Virus record (IMG/VR): IMGVR_UViG_2724679462_000002
Location: 32,001 to 96,000 of that record
DNA: 64,000 bases
DNA from: a virus
Taxonomy: Duplodnaviria; Caudoviricetes
Reading direction: 5' to 3' (one strand)
Made by a program: the position numbers and the translations under genes. The notes below the pieces were generated by a model. It was given only the letters and a program-made list of their open reading frames with translations. It made no database searches and had not been told where the DNA came from. Shown piece after piece: positions 1 through 8,832 of the stretch. Each line of letters begins with the position of its first letter. Positions within the stretch are counted from its first letter, which is position 1.

Positions 1-291
1 GCGGTGCCGCCCGGCCTGGGGAGCGGTTTGAAATGGGAGGTCGACTTCTTCCTCAAGCCCGACGGCACGTACTTCCCGTGGGTCAAACTCGACCTTGAAG
101 TGCGTAAGCGGACGAAGGACGTCGCCGATCTGCCTGCGTTTCCGTTCCAGGCTCTGGAGTGGATTCTCAAGCAGACGGGCGAGCGCAGTGCCGAGGAAGA
201 AACGAAGCTGCGCGGAATCTACGAAGAGTGCTTCTTGGCGAAGAATTGCTACGCGACCAACTTCGTTCGCCAGCAACCTGTAGAAACATGA
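1..291 (+). CDS. Hypothetical protein, 3' part (begins before the window)
   Basis: Open frame from the window edge to TGA at 289-291, phage-like codon use, followed by a family hairpin. Confidence 0.6.
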   Translation, partial: AVPPGLGSGLKWEVDFFLKPDGTYFPWVKLDLEVRKRTKDVADLPAFPFQALEWILKQTGERSAEEETKLRGIYEECFLAKNCYATNFVRQQPVET

Positions 292-340
292 CGGACATAA
301 CGCCAGAGTGGAACAAGTCCACTCTGGCTTTTATGCCGTC
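290..340. repeat. GGCATAA/TTATGCC hairpin, copy 1 (putative terminator)
   Basis: GACGGACATAACGCCAGAGTGGA-ACAAG-TCCACTCTGGCTTTTATGCCGTC between convergent genes. Confidence 0.75.
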
Positions 341-373
341 TAGACGCCCTCTTTTCCCCGAGAAGGCGCTAGG

Positions 374-856
374 TCATGCCGGAGCGCTGGCCAGTTGAAG
401 GTTCAGCGTCAGGACGCCCTGGAAAGCGAGCGATGTGGGCTCGGCCGCGAGAACAGCACCGACGACCGAACCGTAGGTGATGTTCTGCACGTCTGCCTGC
501 GCCATTTGCAAGCCGTAGTAGGCGTTGATCTGGTTGAGCAGCGTGTAGGCGTCCGTCGGCAAGCTCGTGACCTGGATCGGTGTTGGCGTTGATGCATACG
601 CCGTCAACGTGGCCAGATCGATGCGCTTGTAGAGGAAGGTGCGGGAGCCGCGATAGCGACGAGGAAACACGTTCGGGTCCATCGACAACTGAACGAACGT
701 GTCGCGCTGATAGGCGTCGGCAACGAGCGGGGTAGTGCTAGTTGGAATGCCGTACAGCACGCCGGTCGCAGGCAACATGAAGCCGTTGCTCGCGTAGATG
801 AGATCCCGAATGATGTCCTGGGACTTTTTGCTGTAGTCGCAGAGGGGAGTCGGCAT
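374..856 (-). CDS. Probable virion/tail-associated protein (160 aa)
   Basis: Motifs FLYKRIDL, LLNQINAYYGL and AEPTSLAFQG resemble small phiKZ-like virion domains; lies downstream of the fibre cluster. Confidence 0.65.
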   Translation of the reverse strand: MPTPLCDYSKKSQDIIRDLIYASNGFMLPATGVLYGIPTSTTPLVADAYQRDTFVQLSMDPNVFPRRYRGSRTFLYKRIDLATLTAYASTPTPIQVTSLPTDAYTLLNQINAYYGLQMAQADVQNITYGSVVGAVLAAEPTSLAFQGVLTLNLQLASAPA

Positions 857-915
857 GCTAGGGCCCTATGAATGAGCGTTACGAGGGTTCTTTGTGTATT
901 TCCCTCATAGAAATC

Positions 916-960
916 ACGGCATAAAGCCGGAGGGGCTGCCCCGCTCCGGCTTTATGCGTC
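916..960 (-). repeat. GGCATAA/TTATGCC hairpin, copy 2 (putative terminator of the fibre operon)
   Basis: ACGGCATAAAGCCGGAG...CTCCGGCTTTATGCGT just past the stop at 976. Confidence 0.75.
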
Positions 961-975
961 ACGCTCACTGCCCTC

Positions 976-3495
976 TTACTTCATCCGGAGCAGCCGCTTG
1001 AGACCATCCTTCCAGCGACGGGCACGAGCCTTCTTCTCCAGACTGACCGCAGCCTTCGCATGACTGCGGGCATGCTCCAGCCAATCAAGTGCTGTGTAGT
1101 CGTACATGAACTCGTTCACCGAGGCACCGACCACATAACCATCGACGATGATTGGCGACCCGAGCGTCACCGGCAGGTACACCAGCGTGTCCGGCGTCGA
1201 CGGCATCACTTCGACCTTGCGCTTGACGAATCCATCCAGATGGGCGAAGTCCACATCACCTATGAAGTGGCTGTAGAGATCCTTCAACCCCTTGACAACG
1301 CCGAGCTCAACTTCCCTTCGCCACATCGCTGGATTGGCCGACCACCACCATTGACGACCGTCCTTGCGCGCCCAGAACGAATGCTCTTCGCTCCAGCGCA
1401 GGCGATCGCCGGCGAATCCCATCAGGTGACGATGTCCCAGGCGGGAAACGTGGAGACGCTGGACTTCTTCTGGGCCCGTCGCTCCCGCGACCCAGTCGCC
1501 CGCACGAACCGTTTCGATCGGCTGCCAGCTCTGATCTGCCATGAGCACGAGGCTTCCTGCAGTGAAGCAGCAGGTATCAGTGCTACCACCGCCTGAGGAC
1601 GGGGGAGGAGGAGCTGCGCCGTTGATGTAACCATACTGAGGCTGACCGCGGTTCGGCGAACCTTGAATGATCACCGCGTAGCTACGCGGGCTACCCGTCT
1701 GACCGACACCGCTTACGCCCGAGTACGCCGTGAACAAGCCGTTGCCGTTTTGGATGAAGCTGTACGAGCGGTCGTTCGACAGCACGACGTTATCGCCCAG
1801 CGACGAATGGAAGACCATGTTGTCCAAACTTCCGTTCGCGCAGATAACCGTGACGATGTTGCCGGACCGGAAAAAGCCCTGAATCTGAGCGCCGCCGGGT
1901 GCCGTGAAAAACGGGAAACTGCCCGTAACCGTCGTGTCGCCCCCGGTCTGTCTCCAATACGCCGTTGCACCTTGGACCGAGTAGCACAACTCCAAGCTCC
2001 GGCCCATGTTGCCAGCCATCGCGCCCGAATAATTGGTGCCGTAGTACTGGGTTCCGGTCTCCGTGACCGGATGACCACTCGCGTTGATCTGCGCTTGCGC
2101 ATTGGCCAGATCGCCGCCGAGGTTATTCCACGGCCCCACTGCACCCAACGCCTGCGCGCTGACCCCATGCGGGTTGTTGTAGTTCCCGATGTGATTGTTG
2201 ATGCTGGCCGAGTTCGAGTTGAAGATTCCCGCCATCCAGTTCGCGGCATTGTTAATGGCGTCGGCGTACTGCGCTTGCGTCATCCCACCAAGCTGGCCGA
2301 TCGTCACGCCGTGCGGATTGCTCCGGTTCGCAATGTGGTTGGTCAATGTGGACATCAGCGTCTGCAGCGCCGCCGCTGTCCACGTTCCAAGTTGCGCCGG
2401 GGTCACGCCGTGCGGATTGTTCGTGTTCGCGACGTGCGCGCTCAGCGCCGAGCTCGCGCCACTCGCACTACTCGAAACCGTGGCTGCTGCTGCTGCGATC
2501 GCCGATTGAATTGCCGGCACGCTTTCCGTGCCCAGTTGAGTCACCGTCACCTGGTGCGGATTGCCGGTATCGTTCAGGTGCGCGGTCATCACAGCAGCGT
2601 TCGCGCTGATGGTTCCGTTCACCGTCGTTTGCGCAGCGCTGATCTTTCCATTGGCCTGCGACACCGAATACATTCCGACCTGGGCCAGTGTGACCCCGTG
2701 CGGGTTACTCTGGTTCGACGTGTGGTTGGTCAGCGTCTGAGCGACGTTGGCGTCTCCTGCCTGGCGCGCCTGCGTCTCCACGAGGATCGCAGCATCCTGC
2801 TGCGCCTCGGTGAGCGCGCCGAGTTGGGCGGACGTCACCTGGTGTGGGTTACTGTGATTTGCGATGTGACCAGCAAGCGCCGTGTTCTGGGCCGATACAA
2901 CCTGGAGCTCGTCGTTCTCCATCGCGTCCGCATATGCCCGAACTCGAGACTGCGCCAGCGGATCGCCCATGATCGCGAGCTGCGCGATGCGGTCGATAGC
3001 ATGCACCACGTACTCGAACGTGATGAGACCCGCCTGACCGTCGTCATGCATCGCCTCAGATGCAGGCAGATCGGATACCCGGTCTACTACGGACGGCCAC
3101 GTCGAAGGCCGCGTCGCTGGTTCGAACGTGCCGACTTCGGTTGCGAGCACCGTTTGTGGTGTTGCGAAACCGGCACCCAGCGCCTGGTACTCGATTACGA
3201 GGTTGCCGGAGACGCTGGGGTCGGTCACGACGACGAGCGAGACGATGTTGGTGTCGTTCGGGGTGCCGTACTTGGTCGTCGCCAGATCCATCAGGCCCGT
3301 GGTGAAGTACTGCGATGGGGTGACGGGATTGTTCGAGGTCGAATCGGTGATCTTCAGGGTCGATTCGTAGAAGCCGCCGTATACCGGGGCAAACGCGCGA
3401 ACCAGCCCCGATCCGATGCTGTGGCTCTCCGACGTGATGTGATTGGTCGGTGCCTTCGCCGTGGGATCCAGCGGCAAAGTCAAGACTTCTGACAT
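976..3495 (-). CDS. Tail fibre paralogue A: six NPHxVT repeats, a tip domain and a C-terminal Hint domain (839 aa)
   Basis: N-terminal LPLDPT domain shared with neighbours; six HxxNxxNPHxVTxxQxG repeats; PPPPSSGGGS linker then CFTAGSLVLMADQSWQPIETVRAGDWV; GGAGG RBS. Confidence 0.85.
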   Translation of the reverse strand: MSEVLTLPLDPTAKAPTNHITSESHSIGSGLVRAFAPVYGGFYESTLKITDSTSNNPVTPSQYFTTGLMDLATTKYGTPNDTNIVSLVVVTDPSVSGNLVIEYQALGAGFATPQTVLATEVGTFEPATRPSTWPSVVDRVSDLPASEAMHDDGQAGLITFEYVVHAIDRIAQLAIMGDPLAQSRVRAYADAMENDELQVVSAQNTALAGHIANHSNPHQVTSAQLGALTEAQQDAAILVETQARQAGDANVAQTLTNHTSNQSNPHGVTLAQVGMYSVSQANGKISAAQTTVNGTISANAAVMTAHLNDTGNPHQVTVTQLGTESVPAIQSAIAAAAATVSSSASGASSALSAHVANTNNPHGVTPAQLGTWTAAALQTLMSTLTNHIANRSNPHGVTIGQLGGMTQAQYADAINNAANWMAGIFNSNSASINNHIGNYNNPHGVSAQALGAVGPWNNLGGDLANAQAQINASGHPVTETGTQYYGTNYSGAMAGNMGRSLELCYSVQGATAYWRQTGGDTTVTGSFPFFTAPGGAQIQGFFRSGNIVTVICANGSLDNMVFHSSLGDNVVLSNDRSYSFIQNGNGLFTAYSGVSGVGQTGSPRSYAVIIQGSPNRGQPQYGYINGAAPPPPSSGGGSTDTCCFTAGSLVLMADQSWQPIETVRAGDWVAGATGPEEVQRLHVSRLGHRHLMGFAGDRLRWSEEHSFWARKDGRQWWWSANPAMWRREVELGVVKGLKDLYSHFIGDVDFAHLDGFVKRKVEVMPSTPDTLVYLPVTLGSPIIVDGYVVGASVNEFMYDYTALDWLEHARSHAKAAVSLEKKARARRWKDGLKRLLRMK

Positions 3496-3522
3496 GATGT
3501 TTTCCTCCCACCAAGCGCCGGC

Positions 3523-4932
3523 TTAGTGATACGAAAGGTTGTAGACCGCCGTTGCCAGCGCGCTCTGCCACTGGGCGTAGGTCCACCCTCCCAACTGAGC
3601 GACCGTCACGTTGTGCGGGTTGCTGTAGTTGTAGATGTGGCTGTTGATCCAGTTCGTCTGTGGGTTCAGGTACGAGACCTGGGCAGGCGTCGTGAAGTTG
3701 TTGGCGATGTTGTTGTTGATCTGCGCTGCGGTCAGCGTGCCAACCTGCGCCGTCGTCACCTGGTGCGGGTTGTTGCCGTTACCAACGTGACCTGCTACGC
3801 CGCTATTTATGTTGCCGATGCTTGCGCTGTCCCACCCGTTAATCTGGGTGAGCGTCACCTGATGCGGATTGCTCGTGTTCGCGATGTGCGCATTCATCGT
3901 CGCCTCATCCGCGTTCAGCTGCGTCGTGACCGGTGACATCGCGTTGCTGATCGTGGTATTGATCTGCGCCGTCGTCTGTCCATCGATCTGGGTGAGCGTA
4001 ACCAGGTGCGGATTGCTTTTGTTCGCGATGTGGGCACTCATCGCGGCCGCGTCCGTTGAGAGCGTCGTGTTCAGTGCTGTCGTTATTGAGCTCAGGTTCG
4101 AATCCGCTTGCGCCGAGGTGTAGCCGCCTGCTTGCGCAGCAGTCACTTGGTGCGGGTTGTCGGTCCGCGTCGCGTGCGCCGTGATATTCGTCGTCAGCGT
4201 TGCATCGCCGGCCGTGCGCGCGCTGGCCTCGCTTGCGATCAAGCTGCTCACTTGGGCCGCCGAGTAGACGTCAACCTGAGCGAGTGTCACCTGGTGAGGG
4301 TTGTTCTCGTTCGCGATGTGTGCCGCCAGCGCCTGTGCCAAGTTGGCAATGTCCGCGTTGCGCAGCGCTGCCTGCTGGTCCAGGTAGTTGAGTGTCGAGT
4401 CGTACGACGAAGCCTTGATGAGCGTCATCGCATTCAAGATCATCTCGAGCCCGCTTACCACGTAGTCCCAGTTGTACGTGTCGCCCACGGCGTGCATGTG
4501 CAGCACGGGCGTGAACGTATCCGGCAGGTCCGTGATGTTCGCGAACTTGACGCTCCGGTTATCGTTCGCCAGCGTCGCCACCTCGGTCGCAATCGCTGCA
4601 ATCGGACGGCTATACTCGCCACCGAGCGCCTGATAGCTCAGCTCGACGTTCGGACCCACTGTCGGATCCGTGATCACCACGACGCCGTAGATTTCCTGTC
4701 CGACTAGGCTCGATGCTTGTTCGTGAAGGAACTGGAACTGATACTGCGTGACGTCAAGTTGCTTTTGCGTGAAGCTGTCGACGATCTCCATCGACGACGC
4801 GAAGAACGCACCATAGTTCGGCGCAATTGCTCTGACTGGATCGGTCCCGATCGCGTGGGCGTCGCCCGTCACGTAATTGTCTTTACTTTGACCGGTTTTA
4901 TCCAGCGGGTACCGATAGAGATTCGGTGTCAT
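3523..4932 (-). CDS. Tail fibre paralogue B (469 aa), six NPH repeats
   Basis: Start moved to ATG 4932 (MTPNLYRYPLDKTG, AAGGA RBS); same N-terminal domain and repeats. Confidence 0.85.
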   Translation of the reverse strand: MTPNLYRYPLDKTGQSKDNYVTGDAHAIGTDPVRAIAPNYGAFFASSMEIVDSFTQKQLDVTQYQFQFLHEQASSLVGQEIYGVVVITDPTVGPNVELSYQALGGEYSRPIAAIATEVATLANDNRSVKFANITDLPDTFTPVLHMHAVGDTYNWDYVVSGLEMILNAMTLIKASSYDSTLNYLDQQAALRNADIANLAQALAAHIANENNPHQVTLAQVDVYSAAQVSSLIASEASARTAGDATLTTNITAHATRTDNPHQVTAAQAGGYTSAQADSNLSSITTALNTTLSTDAAAMSAHIANKSNPHLVTLTQIDGQTTAQINTTISNAMSPVTTQLNADEATMNAHIANTSNPHQVTLTQINGWDSASIGNINSGVAGHVGNGNNPHQVTTAQVGTLTAAQINNNIANNFTTPAQVSYLNPQTNWINSHIYNYSNPHNVTVAQLGGWTYAQWQSALATAVYNLSYH

Positions 4933-4951
4933 GTTTCCTTTACTCCGTCGA

Positions 4952-6358
4952 TCAGCCCGGGCTGTGCAGCGTGCTGTTGATGAGGTTCTGCAGATACGCG
5001 CCGGTGTAGGCACCGCCCGTGTTATTCACGTTGTCCCCGTGCGGATTGTTCTGATTACCCACGTGGGCGTTGATCGTGCCGTTGAGCGCATTGACTTCGT
5101 TCACAACCACCTGATACTGGTAGGCGATGTTGTTGTTGATGTCCGTAGCGCTATACGTGCCGAGCTGCGCGATCGTGACCCCGTGCGGGTTGCTCAGGTT
5201 ATTGACGTGTGACGAATACGGAGAAACGATCGAATTCTGGATCGTTGTATAAGTCCACGTTCCGATGTTGGCTGCCGTATCCCCGTGAGGGTTGCTTTTG
5301 TTCGAGGTGTGCGCATTGAGCGAGCTTTCGAAAGCGGTCACTTGCGTTTGCAGCGTCGCTTTCTGGGACGCCACTGCACTTGCGATCTGGCCCGTAGTCC
5401 AGGTGCCGATCTGAGCGGCGGTGACTTGGTGCGGGTTGCTATAGTTCGCAATGTGTGCGTTCTGCGTCGTCTCGTTCGCCGTGATCGTCGCCTGCAGCGC
5501 AGTCTGCATCGCGGTCATCGCTGCATCCGACTGCGTCGTGCTGAATGCTCCGAGCTGCGCGGTCGTGACCTTGTGCGGATTGGTGTGGTCCGCGGCGTGC
5601 GTATTGAGCTGACCTTGGATCGACGAATCCCCGTTGACGCGATTTGTGGTCTCTGTCGCGAGCGCAGCGGTCGTCTCCTCGGTCGTGTATGAACCGATCT
5701 GATGCGCCGTCACCTGATGCGGATTGGTGAAGTTCGAGGCGTGAGCGTTAAGTGCAGTGTTAGCTGCAGCGATCTGACCGATCAGTTCCTGAATGACGGC
5801 TTCGGCATACGCTTGCAGCTCCCCCTGGGCCGTTCCCTGACCCAATTGGATTGCGCTTCCGAGACGATCCAACGCGACGACGACGAACTCCATGCCGTAC
5901 ATGTCGTCAGCGATGTGCTGGTGAGGTGCGACCGGGTACTTGCTCGGCTTGTTCGTAATGCTCGCCCAGGTAGCAGGTGCGTCATCAATCTGCAAGCCAG
6001 TGACGGCCGTGGTCACAGCAGCCTGAGAGATGCTGTTGACGCCGCCCAGCGCCTGGTACATCACGCTGACATTCGGACCCACGCTCGAGTCGGTAATGAC
6101 AATGCTCGCGTCGATCTCCTGCCCGTACCGCATCGAGGCCTCGACGTCCATCTGAGTGGCGTAATACTGCGACCCTTGGACGAGAACCTTATTCGTGGTC
6201 GTGTCTTTAACGACCAACGACTTCCGGAAAAAAAGACCGTAGTTGACCGGAAACGCCCGCGTGCCGCGCGTTCCGATCGTTTGGACCTCAGCCGTGATGA
6301 GATTGCTGGCTGCGCTACCGGTCGGGTCCAAAGGTAGCGTAAGCGGTGGCGTAGACAT
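4952..6358 (-). CDS. Tail fibre paralogue C (468 aa), six NPH repeats
   Basis: Start moved to ATG 6358 (MSTPPLTLPLDPTGS), which aligns with the paralogue N-termini. Confidence 0.85.
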   Translation of the reverse strand: MSTPPLTLPLDPTGSAASNLITAEVQTIGTRGTRAFPVNYGLFFRKSLVVKDTTTNKVLVQGSQYYATQMDVEASMRYGQEIDASIVITDSSVGPNVSVMYQALGGVNSISQAAVTTAVTGLQIDDAPATWASITNKPSKYPVAPHQHIADDMYGMEFVVVALDRLGSAIQLGQGTAQGELQAYAEAVIQELIGQIAAANTALNAHASNFTNPHQVTAHQIGSYTTEETTAALATETTNRVNGDSSIQGQLNTHAADHTNPHKVTTAQLGAFSTTQSDAAMTAMQTALQATITANETTQNAHIANYSNPHQVTAAQIGTWTTGQIASAVASQKATLQTQVTAFESSLNAHTSNKSNPHGDTAANIGTWTYTTIQNSIVSPYSSHVNNLSNPHGVTIAQLGTYSATDINNNIAYQYQVVVNEVNALNGTINAHVGNQNNPHGDNVNNTGGAYTGAYLQNLINSTLHSPG

Positions 6359-6478
6359 AAGGGTTGACTCCGGCCAGAGCACAAAGCCCGGCTTGAATAC
6401 ATACGGCGACCACGCCCAAGCCCACGCTGGGCGCACCTGCCGCCTAACGTGGGTCTTGAGGGGATCGGAAAAGACGAT

Positions 6479-8746
6479 TTAGGTGGTACCGTTCACAGCG
6501 TTGGCGAGCGTGGTAAACGCAGTGGTCAACTGCGTGAGCATGTTGCTCATCTCGGACGCCAATGCGAACGTGTCCGACGTCGTATAGACGATGCCCGTCG
6601 GTTCCGTCGTGACCTGCGTGATCGTCGACAGGAACTGGCTGGTGTTTTCCGAGAGCGACGTCACCGAGATCTGGTTCGTGTGACCCGGCGTTTTCATCCA
6701 GACCGTCAGAACCGGCGCATTCGCGTTGGTCGTGTCGATTGTGTAGCCGAAGACAGCGGTGGTCGTGCTCAGACCGCTCAGGCTGATCGCCTGCATCGCA
6801 ACGTTGTTGGTCTGAGTCGTATCACGTACCGAGATACGCAGGAACCACGCACCGCTCTGCGCGTCAGTGGTTGCATCGCCGCCCGTCACAATCCACTGAA
6901 CGTCCGGAAACACCGTCTGCGCCTGCGCGCTACCCGGCATGTTCAGCTGCCCGATTGGCGTCCAGACGTTTGCTGCTGCGTTGGTATTTGACGGAACGGA
7001 TTCCTGCGCTGCCACCACGCCCGAGGTCCAGAGCTGCGCGTTGCTCGCTGCGATCGCTGCTGCCTGCAACTGCGACGCCGATTGACCGCCCAATGCCGTC
7101 GCGTTCGCTGCCGTGCCTGCGAGAATTGCCGACGTCAGCTGAGCCTGTGTCAAGCCGTTAAGCTGGGCCGAGTTCGCTGCGGTACCGGCAAGGATGGAAG
7201 CGGTCAACTGCGAGACATTCTGACCACCCAGCTCCAGGGAGTTGGCTGCGGTTCCCGACAGGATTGCAGACGTCAGCGCAGCCTGCGTCAGGCCGTAGAC
7301 CAGGTTCGCATTCGCCACCGTCGCGTTCGCGATGTACGTGTCCCAGTCCGAGGGCGACATGCCGCCGAACATCTCCGAGTCGTTCGCCGTGCCGCCGGAC
7401 ACATACGTCTGGAACTGCGCGGGCGTCATGCCGCCGAGCATCGTCGCGTTGTTTGCCGTGCCAGCCAGAATCTGCGAGGTGAGCTGCGCGACCGTCAAGC
7501 CGCCCAACAGAGAACTGTCCGCCGCCTTGCCCGTCGTGGTCAGATAGCTCTGCAGCATGGAGTCGACCTGGGCGCTCGAATACGCGCCAACCTGAGCAGC
7601 CGTCACATGGTGCGGATTGGTAAAGTCCGCCTCGTGCGTCGTAATCAGTCCCATCGCGCCGCTCGCATTGAGCGCAGCGGCCGTCGCGGCTGGTGTCATG
7701 TACAGGTCGTTGCTCGTACCAGCGATCGCGTCTGCGGTCGTGGCAGTCGACAGGTTTCGAACGTTGCCGAGACCTACCTGTGCCGCGCTTACCTGGTGCG
7801 GGTTGCTGATGTTCAGCAAGTGAGCGTTCAGTGACGAGCCCAGCGAATTGTTGATCGCAGCCATCGTCGTGGCGGGCGTCATGTACAGAGACGTCGAGAC
7901 GCCTGCTGCCGCGTCCGCGGGCGTGGCCACACCGTAGTTCTGGACGTTCCCCAACCCCACCTGAGCAGCCGTCACATGGTGCGGGTTCGTGTAGTTCGCA
8001 ATGTGCGAGTTCATCGGACCGAGCACCTGCGACTGAATCGCCGCGGCGGTGGTCGCTGGCGTCATGTACATGGTGGTCGAGGTGCCCGCGACCCCGTCAC
8101 TGTTTGCCGCCGGCGCGTAGTTCTGAACGTTCCCGAGCCCGACCTGAGATGCGGTCACGACGTGCGGATTGTTGTGGTCCGCTTCGTGTGCGGCCAGGCC
8201 CGTGCCACCGGTCTGCTGGAGAACCGTCTGGATGCCGGAAAGCGCGTCGACCACCTCCGTCATTCCGACGAGATCGTTGATGTCCCAGCTGTGTGCTTCG
8301 GGCGGGAATGCGTAAGGCGTGCCGCTGATTTCTTCCCACGACGTGGTGCGGGCATTGTCCAGCGTGTTCGCGAGCATTGTCGCGATCTGCTGCGCGCTCA
8401 GCGTCCAGACACCACCGACCGTCTGATATTGAAGGGATACAATACCGGCGAGTGCCGTGTCGATGAAACTGATCGAGCCGTACACCCGTTTCGCACACGC
8501 TCGGCTTGCCGAGATGAACCAGTGCGTGAAATAGAAGTCGACGCCTTCATGGAGCGTGCTGATCTGACCGGACGTGTCCTTGTAGGTGATCTGGACAGTG
8601 TCAGCGAAGAACGGCGCGGCGGCCGGAATGATGAGGTGCTGGTCCCGAAAATTCTGAGCTACCAGCTGTTGTTGCTCGCCCTTGATCAGGTTCGATGCCA
8701 GCGAACCCGTCGGATCGAACGGATACGAAAGAGTGGATGTGGACAT
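6479..8746 (-). CDS. Tail fibre paralogue D (755 aa)
   Basis: YPFDPTG N-terminal domain; four NPH repeats, three followed by QVGLGNV...YMTP (about 61-aa period); about seven AxNAxxLGG repeats; C-terminal beta-rich domain. Confidence 0.85.
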   Translation of the reverse strand: MSTSTLSYPFDPTGSLASNLIKGEQQQLVAQNFRDQHLIIPAAAPFFADTVQITYKDTSGQISTLHEGVDFYFTHWFISASRACAKRVYGSISFIDTALAGIVSLQYQTVGGVWTLSAQQIATMLANTLDNARTTSWEEISGTPYAFPPEAHSWDINDLVGMTEVVDALSGIQTVLQQTGGTGLAAHEADHNNPHVVTASQVGLGNVQNYAPAANSDGVAGTSTTMYMTPATTAAAIQSQVLGPMNSHIANYTNPHHVTAAQVGLGNVQNYGVATPADAAAGVSTSLYMTPATTMAAINNSLGSSLNAHLLNISNPHQVSAAQVGLGNVRNLSTATTADAIAGTSNDLYMTPAATAAALNASGAMGLITTHEADFTNPHHVTAAQVGAYSSAQVDSMLQSYLTTTGKAADSSLLGGLTVAQLTSQILAGTANNATMLGGMTPAQFQTYVSGGTANDSEMFGGMSPSDWDTYIANATVANANLVYGLTQAALTSAILSGTAANSLELGGQNVSQLTASILAGTAANSAQLNGLTQAQLTSAILAGTAANATALGGQSASQLQAAAIAASNAQLWTSGVVAAQESVPSNTNAAANVWTPIGQLNMPGSAQAQTVFPDVQWIVTGGDATTDAQSGAWFLRISVRDTTQTNNVAMQAISLSGLSTTTAVFGYTIDTTNANAPVLTVWMKTPGHTNQISVTSLSENTSQFLSTITQVTTEPTGIVYTTSDTFALASEMSNMLTQLTTAFTTLANAVNGTT

Positions 8747-8776
8747 GCTGAAGACTCCCGAACGCCGGAAAGCTCA

Positions 8777-8805
8777 TCGTATGGTTAGGTCAACTTGACA
8801 TACGA
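8777..8805. promoter_or_regulatory. Putative divergent late promoters (TCGTATG on both strands)
   Basis: TCGTATG at 8777 (+) and CATACGA at 8799 (-) between divergent virion genes; phiKZ late promoters have a TATG core. Confidence 0.4.
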
Positions 8806-8832
8806 TTACGATTCGGTCGCTCGGAGAGACGC

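Noticed and set aside
976-1569. Canonical splicing intein in the fibre
   Set aside because: No terminal His-Asn with a +1 Cys/Ser/Thr and no endonuclease; treated as a cleavage-type Hint domain
1663-3492. 609-aa plus-strand ORF
   Set aside because: Antisense shadow of fibre A; Arg/His/Val-rich translation typical of high-GC reverse frames
976-8746. Diversity-generating retroelement or invertible fibre cassette
   Set aside because: No reverse transcriptase, invertase, TR/VR pair or flanking inverted sites seen; the repeats are at protein level
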